Shown here: positions 61,391 through 64,000 of the stretch, in pieces | How positions within the stretch are numbered: position 1 is the stretch's first letter | Layout: every line of letters starts with the position of its first letter | Assembly: GCA_964016885.1 (NCBI GenBank) | Contig: OZ024742.1 | Coordinates: 227,850,001 to 227,914,000, forward strand | From: Eledone cirrhosa | Lineage: Eukaryota | Direction of reading: 5' to 3' | DNA length: 64,000 nt | Program-made: the position numbers and the translations under genes | The notes under the pieces: model-generated | The model's database searches: none | Told to the model about the DNA's origin: nothing | What the model saw: the letters and a program-made list of their open reading frames with translations, nothing else

Positions 61391-62648
61391 AGGTGCTCCC
61401 ACTCAAAAAATCAGCTAATTTAATATCCTGATCACAGACTTGGTAAGAGTGAATGTGTCCCGCATGTGCGATCCGACTGAACTGGAGAGACGCATACAAC
61501 ACTTCATCAATTGCAAGCAATTCTCTGGCTACAACCAAAGAGACAGAATCAGGGTGTACAAATGAATCATAGAGAAATATAAGACCCTCATAGAGATGGA
61601 CATGTAATAGCATGGATAGGACTAAACAAAAGATAGGGAAAGCCACTTCATGGTACAACAACCAGAGATACCAGAGTATCATGTTCATGGATGCAACCCC
61701 TGGAGGGAAATTAGCTAACCAATTTAGAACGGCCCTAAGAAAGACCCATTTAAAAATTAAAGTGGTAGAAAAGCCAGGAACTACCATCAAATCCCTGATC
61801 AGCAAAACTTATTCGTTTAAGAAAACCCAGTGTACTAATAAGAAATGTGTTATATGTAGAATAAATCCACAAATAAATTATAAAACTAGAAATGTAGTCT
61901 ATAGCATAAGATGTACAGAGGGTACATGCAGAAACATGACAACGACATACATAGGAGAGACAACCCGGAGCATAGGGTAGAAGATAGACCAACACTGGGA
62001 TGAACTAAAAGGACAAAAAGACAGTTCAGTACTATATGAACACGCCAGACTAAGACATGATGGTAATCTAGACAACATAGAAATTAAAATAATATCTAAA
62101 CATAGAAATGACTCATCAGGTAGACAAATCAGAGAAGCAACTGAAATAGAACTAAGAAAACCGAAATTGAACAGAAGACATGAATGGAATAACAACAACC
62201 ATACACAAACACACAATAGTGACCTAAGATAAATATAAATAAATATACACAGGTACAATAACAACAACCACACATAAACAGAAAATATGCACACAAACAG
62301 AGACGACAATAAATAAATAAATAATACAATAAGTAAACATTACAACGGGAGGAAACATAATAGTATCATTGATGATGTCACAGGTGTGTGACAAAAGAAC
62401 TCTGAGAGACTATATATTTATATCTATATTTTTAAACTGTTGGTCAATCAATGATAAACATTGATTGTCAGCTAAATTAACTATAGGGATATAAAATATA
62501 CGGAAACAAAAACCAATCCAAACCAAACAGTGAGTGTGTTTTATATATTTTTGGCAATATTATAACAATATGACCCTTCCCAAATATAACAATATTTGTT
62601 TCAACACGATTTCATATCAAAAACCTTGTAAAACAAATTCATCGCCGT
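61390..62648 (+). mobile_element. Older 5'-truncated Penelope-like element related to 19417-22504
   Basis: MFMDATPGGKLA..KTRNVVYSIRC..YIGETTRSIG. Homologous pLTR and tail end in (TA)n. Decayed hammerhead at 62361-62412. Confidence 0.85.
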
Positions 62649-62699
62649 ATATATATATATGTATACACACACACACACGGTTACATGTTACCAGTAGCA

Positions 62700-63750
62700 C
62701 TCAAGAGTGACCCTACATACATCCCCACTAACATACTAACATCCCTCCCTTCTTCTCCTCCTCCACCCTCCTTATCACACGCACACACCCACCGGCACAT
62801 ATATACACGCGCTCACACTAAACACACACCCTACTACCACCACTAACCCTCACCCCCACCCCACAACTAACCTCACTAACACCCCCTGACCCCAAACACA
62901 CGCACCCACCCCCCAACTCTACACACCCTACCACCACTCACACCTGCATTCAACCCTTCCCCACCTCCCGTATACTAACACCCCTTCATCAAACTACACA
63001 CACACCAGTACACCACACTCCCTCCATAGAACTACACACACCCTTCTCTCCCCGCTCCACACTCACTCATCCCACTAACACCTCTACTAATACACACACA
63101 CACACCCTCCTCACTCCAACTTTCACACCTACCCATCCTCGCCCCTTTACCATTCCACTGACTGCTGCTATGCCCTCTGACCACCTCCCAGCACAAACAG
63201 ACACACAGCACTCCCACTGCTTGACCACTTCCTGTTGCGTGCGCACCCCACATCTCTCCTCTTCTGACCATCGCTTCATGGAATACTCGTATGTGTAACT
63301 TGACCACCACAGAATCCACTAAACATCATAGGATTTTACCAACTTTTCAGCCATCCTCTTACGTAATCACCTATATAACTCACCCACACCCCCCAAAAAA
63401 TTTTTTCTCCACACGCCACCTACACCCACAACACGCTTAAACCCCACACACGTGCTTTCCACCACATATTTACACCCTCAGCCTCCTGATTCCTCTCCCC
63501 CCACCCCTCTATCCACACACGCACAGACACTCCGACCTACAACCCCCCCCCCCCCCCCACACACACACCTCTTCCTGAACATGCAACCCTGTTCTTCCCC
63601 CAACCCTTACTTTCACATACACACACACACACACACGTACACCTACACACACACCACCTTCAGCCCTCCCCGCTCGGACACCCCATCTCCCTCTCCCCAC
63701 TCCACCCGCCCACACCCCACACCCTTCCACCACCTGTTTTACCCCCCTTT
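62700..63750. repeat. C/A-rich low-complexity tract
   Basis: Runs of CA, CCA and poly-C with strong strand asymmetry. Confidence 0.75.
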
Positions 63751-63918
63751 TAATTTCAGTTTATTTTGATCATGCTTTTATATTTAAATTTATTTCATTC
63801 CTTGTATTTTGATCATGCTTTATTTTTATTTTTAATTTCATTCGCACTGTTTCCTTTCGCTATATGTCTCTCCACCACTCCCCCACACACCCTTTGAACT
63901 CTGTTCCCACACACTTCT

Positions 63919-63951
63919 CACCTGAGGAAGGGCTTATGCCCGAAACGTCGT
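63919..63951 (+). ncRNA. Minimal hammerhead-like motif followed by AATAAA, likely a retroelement 3' end
   Basis: ac-CTGAGGA-a-gggc(ttat)gccc-GAAACGTC-gt. Stem I is only 2 bp. Confidence 0.45.
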
Positions 63952-64000
63952 TCCCACCAACACCCCACTCTCCAGTGCGTGAAATTAATAAACATTCGTT

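Noticed and set aside
63032-63769. Pro/His/Gly-rich ORFs
   Set aside because: Artefacts of low-complexity C/A-rich sequence.

Overview
AT-rich, repeat-dense animal genomic DNA, not prokaryotic. The SINE/LINE repertoire looks cephalopod (Octopus-like), which is an inference from remembered repeat families. One host gene is present: a TBK1/IKK-epsilon-family kinase on the minus strand. I reconstructed nine coding exons by hand (36658 down to 3005; 1207 nt, about 402 codons; kinase domain plus ubiquitin-like domain). All have GT-AG boundaries and consistent phases, and the gene continues beyond the left edge. Introns and upstream DNA are filled with transposons: RTE-clade LINEs, Penelope-like elements (PLEs), a Tx1/L1-like LINE, a CRE-like LINE, two Helitrons, an hAT remnant, tRNA-derived SINEs and MITEs. 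One RTE is fully intact (1039 aa), carries an internal PHD-type finger and has a hierarchical tandem-monomer 5' region. The most notable features not shown in the ORF track are: about eight hammerhead-ribozyme-like motifs (three in a palindromic cassette at 55.1-55.7 kb, one intact on the TBK1 sense strand about 230 nt before a splice acceptor); kilobase-scale inverted repeats inside TBK1 introns; a chimeric LINE copy that records unequal crossing-over; and a 98-codon uORF overlapping the TBK1 start. All motif, identity and homology statements come from reading the sequence by eye, with no database searches.
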